Assembly: GCA_008369845.1 (NCBI GenBank)
Contig: MRSU01011229.1
Span: 1-55,354 of the forward strand
Direction: 5' to 3'
DNA length: 55,354 nucleotides
Origin: Trichomonas gallinae
Lineage: Eukaryota
The position numbers were made by a program, and so were the translations under genes. Under the pieces are notes generated by a model. That model was not told the DNA's origin, did not search any database, and worked only from the letters and a program-made list of their open reading frames with translations. Shown here in pieces: positions 8,931 to 18,877 of this stretch. Numbering within the stretch: position 1 is the stretch's first letter; each line of letters opens with the position of its first letter.

Positions 8931-11363
8931 ATGACTTCTTCGCTCTTTGATGGAGAAGCAAAAAACGAAATAAATCCACTTCGCGCTCAGCTCGAAGGCA
9001 ACGATCCTGCCGCGAGGAAGAAGGCAGCTAAAAGAACTGTCTTTCTGATGAGAAGTGGAGAAAATGTTAGAACATTATTCGCATCTATGCTTCGCTGCGT
9101 TAAAACGTCCGACTTAGAGCTCAAGAAACTCGCCTACTTATATCTCGTCCACTATTCTATCCAAGAGCCGGAGCAAGCCATTATGGCCGTCAATACATTT
9201 ATTCAAGACTCACAAGACTACAATCCGATCGTAAGAGCACTTGCCGTTCGTACAATGTGCAGAATTAAGCTCGAAAGCGTTGCTGAACATATGATTCAGC
9301 CACTTAAACGTTGTTTACAAGATTCTGATCCATATGTTCGCAAGACGGCAACATATGGTGTTGCAAAACTCTACGAAGTCATTCCAGAAGCTGTAGAAAA
9401 CGCTAATTTGTTCAAGGATCTTCTTAAACTTTTACATGACGATAATCCGCTTGTCGTTTCAAATACAACAGCTGCAATCTTCGAAATCAACGAGAGAAGG
9501 ACTACACCAATATTCAAGCTCAATCCTGAAACAATCGGCCCAATTTTGTCTGCATTATCTTCATGCAGCGAAGAATGCATGACCGTTCTCTTCGACGCCC
9601 TCGCGCGTTACACACCAGAGTCCAAGGAAGACGCATCATTCCTCATCGATCGTTTAATTCCATTCCTTAAACACTCAAATCCGGCCGTCGTCATTGGCTC
9701 ATTCAGATGCATTTTCTTGTTCTTAGAGACAGACAACAGAGACACCAAAGAGCTTTTCCCACAGATTATTCCACCATTTATCACATTGGTTACATCGGCA
9801 GAACCAGAAATTCAATATGTCGTCCTCAGGACCCTTTCTTTGTTTGTCCAGAAGTATCCAAAGGCCTTGTCAAAGGAAATTCGCGTGTTTTTCTGCAAGT
9901 ACAACGATCCATCTTACATCAAGATGGAAAAATTAGACATTATCATCACAATTTGCAACACGAGATCAGCTAAGCTCGTACTTGACGAATTCCAGGAATA
10001 CTGCAATGCCGTTGATGTCGCTTTCGTTAGAAAATCAATTCGCGCGATCGGCCAAATTGCAATTAAGATCGAAAGCGCTGCCCGCCGCTGCGTTGACATT
10101 CTTACAAGCCTCGTTCAGGGTAAGGCTGACTACGCAATTGAAGAAGCTGTCTGCGTTACATGCGATATCTTGAGAAAGTTCCCAGGCGAGTTCGAAGGCA
10201 TCATTGCCAACGTCTGCTCTAACTTGGAAATGATCAAAGAACCGCGCGCAAAGGCTTCAGCCATTTGGATCCTCGGTGAATATTGCAAGCACATTGATAA
10301 CGTCGATCAAATCCTTGACACATACTTAGAAACATTCCACGATGAGCAGCAGATCGTCCAATTGCAGCTCCTCACAGCTTTAGTCAAAGCATATCTCGAA
10401 AGGCCAGAACAGACACAAGACCAGCTTCAATACATCCTCAACGAAGCTACAAAGGAAGGAAACTTCCCGGATGTCAAGAACAGAGCCGTCGTTTACTGGA
10501 GAATTTTATCTAATGATCCAGCAATCGCGAAGAAGATCATCGTATTCCCGAAGTCAACTGTTGTCCACTCCGGCGTCAGCTTCGAGCCGCACATTTTGGC
10601 CGAATTGATCAAGAACATGGGCACAGTTTCCGGTGTTTTGCATGTTGTTCCTTCAGACTTCGTCAGAAGGGTCAGATATGTTCCAGAGCAAGATAACGAC
10701 ATCGATGACGAGAATATTCACGACTGGCATCAAGTTAGACTCAATGATAATTCATTGGTCGATTTATTCGCCGATTACGACTCAACACACATCTACCTTA
10801 GAATCGTCAACAAGACAAAGAACGCGTTGAGTGGATTCGACTTCGCTTTGAACGTCAATGCAATCGGTATGACAGTTTCTGGCCCAGGCGACTTCCCAGC
10901 CTCCCTCAATCCACAGGATGTCGCTGAAGTAACAATTCCTGTCACTGTTAACTTCAAAGCCGCCAACTTTGATAAATCAGAATTGATGATGGCCATCAAA
11001 ATGGGCAGCGGAATGGTCTACGGTGTTGACAGACTCCCAATCGAGAACTTCTTCACCAAAGACGGCGATAAAGGACAAGAAGGATTCAGACAAGCTTTCG
11101 CATCATTCACCAGCGAAGCAACATGCGACGTGGAGAGAGAAACAGTCGCCAGCAAAGAGCAGCTAGCCAAGATAAACGTTTTCTACGTCGGAAAGAACAG
11201 CGAGCAGCAAAAGTCATGGTACCAGTTCGCTCTCGGTGATGCACATTTTGTCTGCGAAGTCACTGTTCACGGAGAAAACTTCTCTGTTTCCTTCAAGACT
11301 AACGCCGCACAGCTCCTTCCTGTTGTTACTGCAAGTGCGTCAGCTATCCTTGCTTCCAAGTAA
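8931..11363 (+). CDS. AP-1/AP-2 complex beta subunit (beta-adaptin)
   Basis: LELKKLAYLYL, AIMAVNTF, RALAVRTM, DPYVRKTA, FFCKYNDP.YIK.EKLDI, VDVAFVRKSIRAIG, IWILGEY; C-terminal beta-ear-like region (IYLRIVNKT...GFDFALNVNAIG). Confidence 0.93.
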   Translation: MTSSLFDGEAKNEINPLRAQLEGNDPAARKKAAKRTVFLMRSGENVRTLFASMLRCVKTSDLELKKLAYLYLVHYSIQEPEQAIMAVNTFIQDSQDYNPIVRALAVRTMCRIKLESVAEHMIQPLKRCLQDSDPYVRKTATYGVAKLYEVIPEAVENANLFKDLLKLLHDDNPLVVSNTTAAIFEINERRTTPIFKLNPETIGPILSALSSCSEECMTVLFDALARYTPESKEDASFLIDRLIPFLKHSNPAVVIGSFRCIFLFLETDNRDTKELFPQIIPPFITLVTSAEPEIQYVVLRTLSLFVQKYPKALSKEIRVFFCKYNDPSYIKMEKLDIIITICNTRSAKLVLDEFQEYCNAVDVAFVRKSIRAIGQIAIKIESAARRCVDILTSLVQGKADYAIEEAVCVTCDILRKFPGEFEGIIANVCSNLEMIKEPRAKASAIWILGEYCKHIDNVDQILDTYLETFHDEQQIVQLQLLTALVKAYLERPEQTQDQLQYILNEATKEGNFPDVKNRAVVYWRILSNDPAIAKKIIVFPKSTVVHSGVSFEPHILAELIKNMGTVSGVLHVVPSDFVRRVRYVPEQDNDIDDENIHDWHQVRLNDNSLVDLFADYDSTHIYLRIVNKTKNALSGFDFALNVNAIGMTVSGPGDFPASLNPQDVAEVTIPVTVNFKAANFDKSELMMAIKMGSGMVYGVDRLPIENFFTKDGDKGQEGFRQAFASFTSEATCDVERETVASKEQLAKINVFYVGKNSEQQKSWYQFALGDAHFVCEVTVHGENFSVSFKTNAAQLLPVVTASASAILASK

Positions 11364-11754
11364 TTCTTTCGCTTATTTTTTTATATTTTTTATATTAGGT
11401 TTTTTTGAATTAATTATTAAATACCAAGGGTCTTATTTAAATCTTTAAATCTCACCACAACCTAAAATAAATTTATTATATCAACAAAATAATTGATAAA
11501 ATCAACTCTAATCAATGAAATTTTATTTTTCAATTCAATATTAATCTATTGATAAGAATAAAAATGTATAATATCGATGAAAATTATGTCGAGAAATTTT
11601 AATTTTGTTTTATAATTACTGAGTTTGAAATATAATTGTTAGAAGTCGATGATGAATTGATAGAATAGTTAGACTTTGTAATTAAGTTAGGAAACAAAAT
11701 TTAATTTGATTTTTTATCACAAATACAGAAAATAGAAAGGAAAGGGAAGAGGAA

Positions 11755-12411
11755 TTACTCTGGATAGCGCAATCCCTGCTTTTCCAATGTTGTTCTCATA
11801 AAATTTTTAAGTGCTTCAGCAGTTTCAGCATTGAGATCATTAACATTCACGTTAACATCCTGCGAGCTACAATCGATGTCAGGCTGCATCTCATTTACAA
11901 TTCGAATCATTTCGCGATGGTCTTCATCTTTCTTTATCATGTTACTTGCCTGTAAAAAGTTATACATTTCGCGCTCATTCATTCCCGAGCGACTTGGTTT
12001 GATTGGCTTCGCTTTTCCGATAGATGGAATTGTTTGCACTACTTCTTCAGGCGGCTGAGTCATTACATTCGTCAGTAGACCTCTTACTTTATATACAACG
12101 TTGCACCACTGAGGAAGTTCGGAAATATCGTACTTATTCCTTAATTTGCCTAAAATCTTTCTGCATTCGTTAGCGACTTTGTTTGCTTCTTCGCTATTCT
12201 GGCGCTTGGCCAATTCCGTCCAAACAGTATCCAAATCATTGCACATCGCTGCAAGGTTCTGGTAACTATTTGTTTTTAATTTTTGTTTGATTGTTTCTAA
12301 ATCGAGACTCGCGTTGCTTCCTTTTATGATTTTTCGCATTGACGTCGTAATAGGATGTTTGTATAATTCGTTCATGATTTCATTCGCAATAATTTTGTGC
12401 TGATTATCCAT
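11755..12411 (-). CDS. Degenerate bromodomain plus ET-like C-terminal domain protein
   Basis: ATG start MDNQHK at 12411 (the ORF track starts at an upstream GTG). IMNEL..HP, LDLETIKQKL....Y...A..C.DL..VW follow the bromodomain helices; M..RE...........H.E...IV.E.QP.......V.VNVNDL..ET..AL..F resembles an ET/NET domain. Confidence 0.7.
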   Translation of the reverse strand: MDNQHKIIANEIMNELYKHPITTSMRKIIKGSNASLDLETIKQKLKTNSYQNLAAMCNDLDTVWTELAKRQNSEEANKVANECRKILGKLRNKYDISELPQWCNVVYKVRGLLTNVMTQPPEEVVQTIPSIGKAKPIKPSRSGMNEREMYNFLQASNMIKKDEDHREMIRIVNEMQPDIDCSSQDVNVNVNDLNAETAEALKNFMRTTLEKQGLRYPE

Positions 12412-12783
12412 TGCTCGTGATGTCACTTTTGATTAAACAAACTTTTTTCGTTTTCGCATATTAACATATTATTTAGCATTATTGCCATATGTACTATCAA
12501 AATATTAAAAAATAATAATTTTAGAGCAATTTTTATCGATAAAATTGGTATATTTTTTATATTTGAAATCATAAATAAATTATACTAATAAAATGAATAA
12601 TAAATATAGATTTCAAATTTTTAAAAATCATTAAAATTAATGAAAAATGAACAAAAATTCGTAATTTGTTGTAAATATTTTCTTCTTTTGGAGAAAAATT
12701 GTATTGCTTAAAAAATGAAAATCGAGATGATATGATGATGTTGATCGTTTCTTGATGTCAGATTCAAAATCTTTGATTTATTT

Positions 12784-13722
12784 ATGATTGATGAACAAAC
12801 GTACGAGATAAACTATCCTCAAAAGGTTTCACCAATTAAGAAGAAAGTTGGACATTACAGTCCAATATACAATCCACCTTTGAGGACTGGCTTCGTTGAT
12901 TATCAAAATCCGAAAAAGTACAAATATTCAAAACCAAAATCTCCAGAACCAATAAAAGAAGATTTTTATGATACAAAAGTAAAGAAATACAAGACACCAA
13001 GAAAACTACATAAGACACAAAACATACAAAACGAGTATGAAAATCCAAATTTATTTACGCCATCGAAAACACCGAATTTCTTTATAAAAACACGCAATAC
13101 ACCAGAATTTCGTGATTTTACAGACGCTTGGGGAGAGTATCTTGATATGAAGCACTTGCAAAACGTTCATTCGAAAATTTATTTGACTGTTTATTATAAA
13201 AAGTGGAAAACAAAGTACTCACAGAAATTTGTGCAGAGGCTGAGAGAAAGGACATCAGCGAATTCAAGTTATTTGCAATCTAGAGAAAATGATTCAATAT
13301 CAGTCGACAGATCGAATAAAGTTATCGATACAATAGAATTACTCCAACGCGCACGAAGAACCATCGATGAAATGACTTCTTCTTCATCATGGATTCAAAA
13401 TGCAGCAAATTCCGTCACACTTCTTCACACGCGAAATCTTTCCACAAGGAATACAACTACAATTCACAATGACTCTATTCGCATTGGAAAATCGTCACTT
13501 TATCCAGATCAGCCGAAATCTCCACCAGTTGTTTATCCGGATGAACATTATATCATACCTGTCGATATACATAAACGCCATACAAACAGATCCCTTGCAG
13601 ACTCATTTTCTACAATTAGTGACGAATCTGACGAATTAGGTCCAATCCGCTCACTCATGCATTCTGGAATAGAAGATGAAGACAGTGATGATGATATTTC
13701 TATGCCTTCTGATTCAGATTAA
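12784..13722 (+). CDS. Hypothetical protein, low complexity, SP/TP-rich
   Basis: 312-aa ATG ORF flanked by AT-rich intergenic DNA; no recognised domain. Confidence 0.75.
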   Translation: MIDEQTYEINYPQKVSPIKKKVGHYSPIYNPPLRTGFVDYQNPKKYKYSKPKSPEPIKEDFYDTKVKKYKTPRKLHKTQNIQNEYENPNLFTPSKTPNFFIKTRNTPEFRDFTDAWGEYLDMKHLQNVHSKIYLTVYYKKWKTKYSQKFVQRLRERTSANSSYLQSRENDSISVDRSNKVIDTIELLQRARRTIDEMTSSSSWIQNAANSVTLLHTRNLSTRNTTTIHNDSIRIGKSSLYPDQPKSPPVVYPDEHYIIPVDIHKRHTNRSLADSFSTISDESDELGPIRSLMHSGIEDEDSDDDISMPSDSD

Positions 13723-13905
13723 TTTGTTTTATATTATATGTATTTTAAATCATGTTTTTATTCGTTATTATTTAACTATATTCACTGCATACAAGGTTAT
13801 TATTTAGATTTTTAATGATTTCATGAAAATATTTTTGAAAAATTTTTGTAGTAAACAAATTTGGAGTTTTAATATACACATATTGATCTAAATTAACCAA
13901 AAGAA

Positions 13906-15132
13906 TTAATCTGGCAAATGGATTGAGTTCAAATACCTGATTAACTCTGGATTGAGCTTGATTGCTTCATCGTACAAGTCACTCAGGTTCTTTCCATTTG
14001 TTGGAACTGCAGCGTAGTGCTCGACATCTAAAACATTCATACAAAGCGAAAATTCTTTGACGTTAGACATAATCACGTCTTTAAGGCGCGGCTCACGCAC
14101 AAACATATCATGTGCCTCAATTGCTGAAGCTCTGAATGTCGGAGTTGTAGAACCGCATCTGAGTAAATTCAATTCACTATCGTAGACAATTGTATTTGCA
14201 GGATTCGTAGCACGCTGAAGGTCTGTCTGTATTGATGATATTTGCGGTGCTGCTCTTTTCAGATTTGTCGATATTTTTGTGATCAATGCATCATCGATAT
14301 CGGGAGAAGCAAGGACACTAAGGGTAATTCTATCCTCTTTGAATCGTAAAAGTATTGATTCAATGATTTCGCCTTCAGGGATTTTCGCTGTGCTTCCTTT
14401 ATAATCAATTAATGATGCTCTGTCTTCTTTTGTGAGATAAACCTTGGCCCTGTTATCGGATCCAACTGCGAAGTCGAATAAACTAATAATATCCAAAGAA
14501 CTGTGCGAAACTAATAATAAATTATCGCTAAAACATGCACAACCCCATATTCTTGGGTCCATTCTCATGACAAGAAGCTCCAAGAATGTGGCTGCAACGC
14601 TTGATCTCTGCCATTCAGCATTTGGAAGATTAGTAAATGAAAATGGTAAAGGATTTGGTAAATCTTCTGGCAATTCTATGCTTAGGATCTGGTCACCTTT
14701 TGTTTTGAGGTATTCTGTGAGTGTCGGAATTTGATTTATTCCAGCACCAAGGGCAAAGAAAATGCCTTTTTTGATATGATCGAGAGCAACAGAAATTGAT
14801 ATATCACTGTAAGCTGATGGAGCACGAAGGACGAAGAATATGAGAGTTTGATCCTCAAGTTGCTGAGTTTGAATCGCGAGTTTAGAATTCGACCAGCAGA
14901 TGAAATCTAATGACTTTCCATTCAATGACAAGTTAGAAAATGTGTAGAGGGCGATCAAAACACCGAGTAAGTGCTCCATTTGGCGATCTGATATCGAATT
15001 TGGGTATTTGTAGATCAATTGCTCGATAATTTTCCCTGCATCTTCAACACCTTCCTCACCACGCTTGAACGGGTTATGCTGGAAGACGCAAAAACACGTG
15101 TGTTTCGAATCTGCAGGATTTTCGCCTTCCAT
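13906..15132 (-). CDS. HPS4/CCZ1/INTU-family tri-longin protein (Rab GEF subunit-like)
   Basis: N-terminal FCVF....F.RGEEG......LIYKYP.......EHLLG...A...F longin start. C-terminal N.IVYD...NLL......F......H..F...P.L..V...N resembles the HPS4 C-terminus as recalled. Confidence 0.6.
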   Translation of the reverse strand: MEGENPADSKHTCFCVFQHNPFKRGEEGVEDAGKIIEQLIYKYPNSISDRQMEHLLGVLIALYTFSNLSLNGKSLDFICWSNSKLAIQTQQLEDQTLIFFVLRAPSAYSDISISVALDHIKKGIFFALGAGINQIPTLTEYLKTKGDQILSIELPEDLPNPLPFSFTNLPNAEWQRSSVAATFLELLVMRMDPRIWGCACFSDNLLLVSHSSLDIISLFDFAVGSDNRAKVYLTKEDRASLIDYKGSTAKIPEGEIIESILLRFKEDRITLSVLASPDIDDALITKISTNLKRAAPQISSIQTDLQRATNPANTIVYDSELNLLRCGSTTPTFRASAIEAHDMFVREPRLKDVIMSNVKEFSLCMNVLDVEHYAAVPTNGKNLSDLYDEAIKLNPELIRYLNSIHLPD

Positions 15133-15272
15133 TTCTAAATAATCGTAAAGCCCTCAATTTACCATTTATCGAAAACATTCAAGAATAACAACAAGCTCAT
15201 TATCAGTTTCACTTTTTACAATATAACTTAGGTAAAATAATGAGTTTTTAAAAATCATGAAACACGACATCT

Positions 15273-15516
15273 GACACTTTACAAATACAAATTTGACATT
15301 TTCATTTCTTCTCCAAAATTCATTTGGATTATGCTATGTTTCAAATGTATTATGAAAAATATATGATGACACGAATCTAAAACAATCTATAAATCATATT
15401 TTGACAAGATATTTGACCGAATTCCAATTTTGATAATGGGAAACAATCGGTAAATTAAAGCCATAAAGATGCTAATTACATGGAGTTATATGAACACAAT
15501 TTTCTTGAATCATATT
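15273..15516. repeat. Dispersed repeat, copy 1 (244 bp)
   Basis: Aligns without gaps to 17201-17444 at a constant 1928-bp offset; 168/244 identities by hand count. Confidence 0.85.
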
Positions 15517-15676
15517 AAGCACTGCAAAGCTAAGATAATTTGATATAGCACATAAAGTTATCTTAGTAGCTAGTATATCTAAATGTGGTCTATCTTCTGA
15601 TATCCTGTCGTTTAGATTTACTTCAAAATATCTTTATATCCATTTTGACACGTAAAATCCATGTAAAAATACAATG

Positions 15677-17098
15677 TCATATTTCTTCTTCTGTGTTTAG
15701 TAGTGATTCGATGTGTTCAGCAATTGCGACTGTTCTTTCATCTGTTTCGTCGGTGATAAGATCATCCAATGCAACAGACAGTTGAAGGTCTAAAAGTCTT
15801 CGAATCGTTTCGTCTTTCTCGTCTGAAAACATGCTCTTTGCAAGAAGGTTGTGGATGATATTTAATGCTGGAATTACGTCAGTTGATGATTCTTCTATCA
15901 TCGAAATTAATTGTTCTAAAAATTCATCTGTTAAAAGGCGCCACATGTTTGATGTCAGTGCCACTATTTTCTGTATCAGTAATATCAAAGGACGTTTTTG
16001 TTGATATTGTGCATTTAAAAATAAATTTTGTAATTTTTCAATCAAAGATTCGATAAATTCTATTTCACTATAGACTATTGATGGGTTTAACACTATGCAG
16101 AACTTTAAAACTTGCACAATTAGTTCAAAATATTCCTGCTTTTCAGTTTCAAGACTTTCAGCAATTACAGAATAGTTTATCTGTGAGAATATGGCCATTG
16201 AGAATGTTCTGTTGCTTCTGTCGTGTTTTTTATCTGTAATATATATTAATCGAATAATCTTCAAGATTATATGGTTCATTGGTGTGTATTCAGGAACCAA
16301 TAGACTTGTTACTTGATTATAAAATGATTGCGATAGATTTATGATGAATTCATCGCTTTTTATCATGATATTGTAAACTAAAATCAGAAAATCACAGAAT
16401 TCATTATTGAAAAACATTGGAATTGGCGTATTTCCAGAAATAAAATTGATGTGAGATATTAAACTTGATAAAACACTTTCTTCAGGAATCAAATTAAACT
16501 TTTTGATATATTGAACAGCAATTTTCATGCATGGAAGAAAGTCGTCCTTAAGCTCATTCAATAATGCATTTGAATCAACTGAAACGAAAAACAGTCTTTC
16601 AAAAGGAAATAATTCATAAAACTCTTGTACATCATCAGTAATATATAAGAAATACAGAACCACTCGAAGAACAGATGTGTTACGAAGATTTTCGTTCAAT
16701 AAATTGCTAAAAATTGGAAATAATGGTGAAATAGCTAAAGTTTTTGAAAACTTGCAATTATATGGATCATCTACTGTATAATCTAGAAGCTTTTCGAGTA
16801 TTTTTGGTACAGTTTCACTTGCAATTTCTGGATAAATTTCAAAAAGATCAATGAACATATTTGGACCGTTCATTGATATAAATGCTTCTCCATATCCTGC
16901 ATCTTTTGTTTGTAAGCTGTTAAAAACATTGGATAGCATTGGAAGTAAGATATCAGAATTCGTAATACTTTGGCCAAGCTGCTCCATTGCTGCATAAAAT
17001 ACTCCAACTTGTTGATTTATTTGTGTGTTACCGCTTTCTGTTGCGATTTTCTCTGTAATTGTTTTATTCTCAATCAAATCTTTATATTCATCATACAT
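15677..17098 (-). CDS. Helical (ARM/HEAT-like) protein, function unknown
   Basis: 473-aa ATG ORF, L/I/F-rich amphipathic helices throughout; no specific family recognised. Confidence 0.75.
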   Translation of the reverse strand: MYDEYKDLIENKTITEKIATESGNTQINQQVGVFYAAMEQLGQSITNSDILLPMLSNVFNSLQTKDAGYGEAFISMNGPNMFIDLFEIYPEIASETVPKILEKLLDYTVDDPYNCKFSKTLAISPLFPIFSNLLNENLRNTSVLRVVLYFLYITDDVQEFYELFPFERLFFVSVDSNALLNELKDDFLPCMKIAVQYIKKFNLIPEESVLSSLISHINFISGNTPIPMFFNNEFCDFLILVYNIMIKSDEFIINLSQSFYNQVTSLLVPEYTPMNHIILKIIRLIYITDKKHDRSNRTFSMAIFSQINYSVIAESLETEKQEYFELIVQVLKFCIVLNPSIVYSEIEFIESLIEKLQNLFLNAQYQQKRPLILLIQKIVALTSNMWRLLTDEFLEQLISMIEESSTDVIPALNIIHNLLAKSMFSDEKDETIRRLLDLQLSVALDDLITDETDERTVAIAEHIESLLNTEEEI

Positions 17099-17200
17099 AA
17101 TGAACTTTTCATCGCTATCAAATTAATCATATATGTCTACAAATACATAATATTGTCCTTTCATGAAAAAACTAATATTTTGACATGTAAAGCGAATTTT

Positions 17201-17444
17201 AACACTTTACGAAGATAATTTTGACATTTGCTTTTTTTCTCAATAAATCATTTACATTATGCCATGCTTCAAATGCATATTCGCCGTATAATACCAATGA
17301 AAATTTAAAATCATCGATAAATCATATTTTTATGGTATATTTTATCGAATTCCAAAATTGAATTTGAGAAACAATAGCAACTTTAGCATTACAAAGATAT
17401 CCATTCCTTGAAGTTGTTTGAACACAACTCTTTGGAATCATATT
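17201..17444. repeat. Dispersed repeat, copy 2 (244 bp)
   Basis: Shares the blocks ACACTTTAC, TTTGACATTT, ATAAATCATATTTT, CGAATTCCAA, GAAACAAT, TGAACACAA and GAATCATATT with 15273-15516 at identical spacing. Confidence 0.85.
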
Positions 17445-17845
17445 TTATACATTAATATCAATTGTTATGGAAATAAATCACTTTCAATTAATCTTGTCAT
17501 CTTTTACCTTTAAATTGAATGATATTTACAGTACTTGGAAAACAATTTATAGAGGATTAAATGGTTAGTAATTTTACATGTAAATCCTATTGAGATTCAT
17601 TCAATAATTCAGTAAAGTTTAATTTTGAAAGATTTACGTTTGTCATTCCTCTTAATTTTTTTATGATGTCCGTTGCAAGAAGTACGAAAAAATAGTTACC
17701 AATCGCTTCTATCATCCAATTTACATTCAAATTATTAAAATTAAATTTTTCCTCAACAAATTTGGCTAAATTACAGTATATTAGTATGATAATATTATAT
17801 ATACCTAAATTTGTTAATTGATTTTGATTTTCATCGATTTTTACA

Positions 17846-18877
17846 ATGTCGACACTTTATTCCTTCCGTTCACACAAATTTACGAATGCTGGGGCTGTCG
17901 GTAGACTGGGCCCAACTATTTCCCAGGTCAGAAGTGCTTACAGTGGAGTTAGTTGGGCCCAGAACAGCAATTTTTTAAGTATGGACACCCAAGGAATCCA
18001 AAAGTGGAAAGTTCCTGCGAATGGACTCTATAGTATCAGGGCTGCAGGCGCAGCAGGTGGGTATCACAGCTTTGCGAAGATGAGAGGAGGATATGGAGCT
18101 GTTATTGAGTCGAATATATCCTTAACTAAGGGATCTTTTTTGTATATAATTGTTGGTCAAAAAGGTGAAGATTTACGCGTCTCAACAGGCGATGTTGATA
18201 ATGCTGCTCCTGGTGGAGGTGGTGGGACATTTGTTTATAAGAATGCATATGATCAATACCCTTTAATTGCGGCTGGAGGGGGTGGTGGGGGTTCTAGAGT
18301 GTACATGAGTGTTTTAGATGCTTCTCTGACTGTTGTAGCAAAAACATCAGGAAATGGAACTCCTGGTGGAACTAATGGAAATGGAGGTGGAATTAACAAA
18401 GGAAGTGATTATTTTGCTGGAGGTGGTGCAGGCTGGCTCACAGATGGCACAGGAGGAAATAATCCAACACTATATAATTTCAATCCGGGTCAGTATGGTG
18501 CTCAAGGTGGCAGATCTCCAAGAAATGGAGCTGCAGGTGGAATTAGATACATTGATGATAAAGATGAAGGTGGAGATGGTGGGTTTGGAGGTGGGGGAGG
18601 TGGTGGCTCAGATAATATGGGAACTGGTGGGGGTGGTGGGTATTCTGGAGGTGGTGGAGCAAGGCAAGGAAGTGGTGACGCTGTGAATGGACAGGGTGGA
18701 GGTGGTGCATCATATTCAATGAATAAATTTACTTATTCTGCTGTAAATAATGGAGGACATGGCTATGTTATCATTACGCAATTGAGATATGTACTTCCTG
18801 ATACTCTTGATGTATTTCATAAAAGTTCTGAGAACATAATTATATATGGCGTTCTCATTGATATGCTGTCTATATAA
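17846..18877 (+). CDS. Stand-alone glycine-rich protein with an ALK/LTK-type glycine-rich (TNF-like/poly-Gly) domain
   Basis: FTNAGAVGRLGPT...Y...GIQKWKVPA..YSI...GAAGG...LYIIVGQKGED, GGGGGTFV...PLIAAGGGGG, GGFGGGGGG, GGGGGYSGG, GGGGASY...GHGYVII; no kinase domain. Confidence 0.85.
   Translation: MSTLYSFRSHKFTNAGAVGRLGPTISQVRSAYSGVSWAQNSNFLSMDTQGIQKWKVPANGLYSIRAAGAAGGYHSFAKMRGGYGAVIESNISLTKGSFLYIIVGQKGEDLRVSTGDVDNAAPGGGGGTFVYKNAYDQYPLIAAGGGGGGSRVYMSVLDASLTVVAKTSGNGTPGGTNGNGGGINKGSDYFAGGGAGWLTDGTGGNNPTLYNFNPGQYGAQGGRSPRNGAAGGIRYIDDKDEGGDGGFGGGGGGGSDNMGTGGGGGYSGGGGARQGSGDAVNGQGGGGASYSMNKFTYSAVNNGGHGYVIITQLRYVLPDTLDVFHKSSENIIIYGVLIDMLSI

Noticed and set aside
17257..17568. Frame that reads through several TGA codons as if TGA encoded Trp
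   Set aside because: The homologous copy has TAA stops in the same frame, and real genes here end in TGA (15677, 25718, 46512, 53300), so there is no evidence for recoding.
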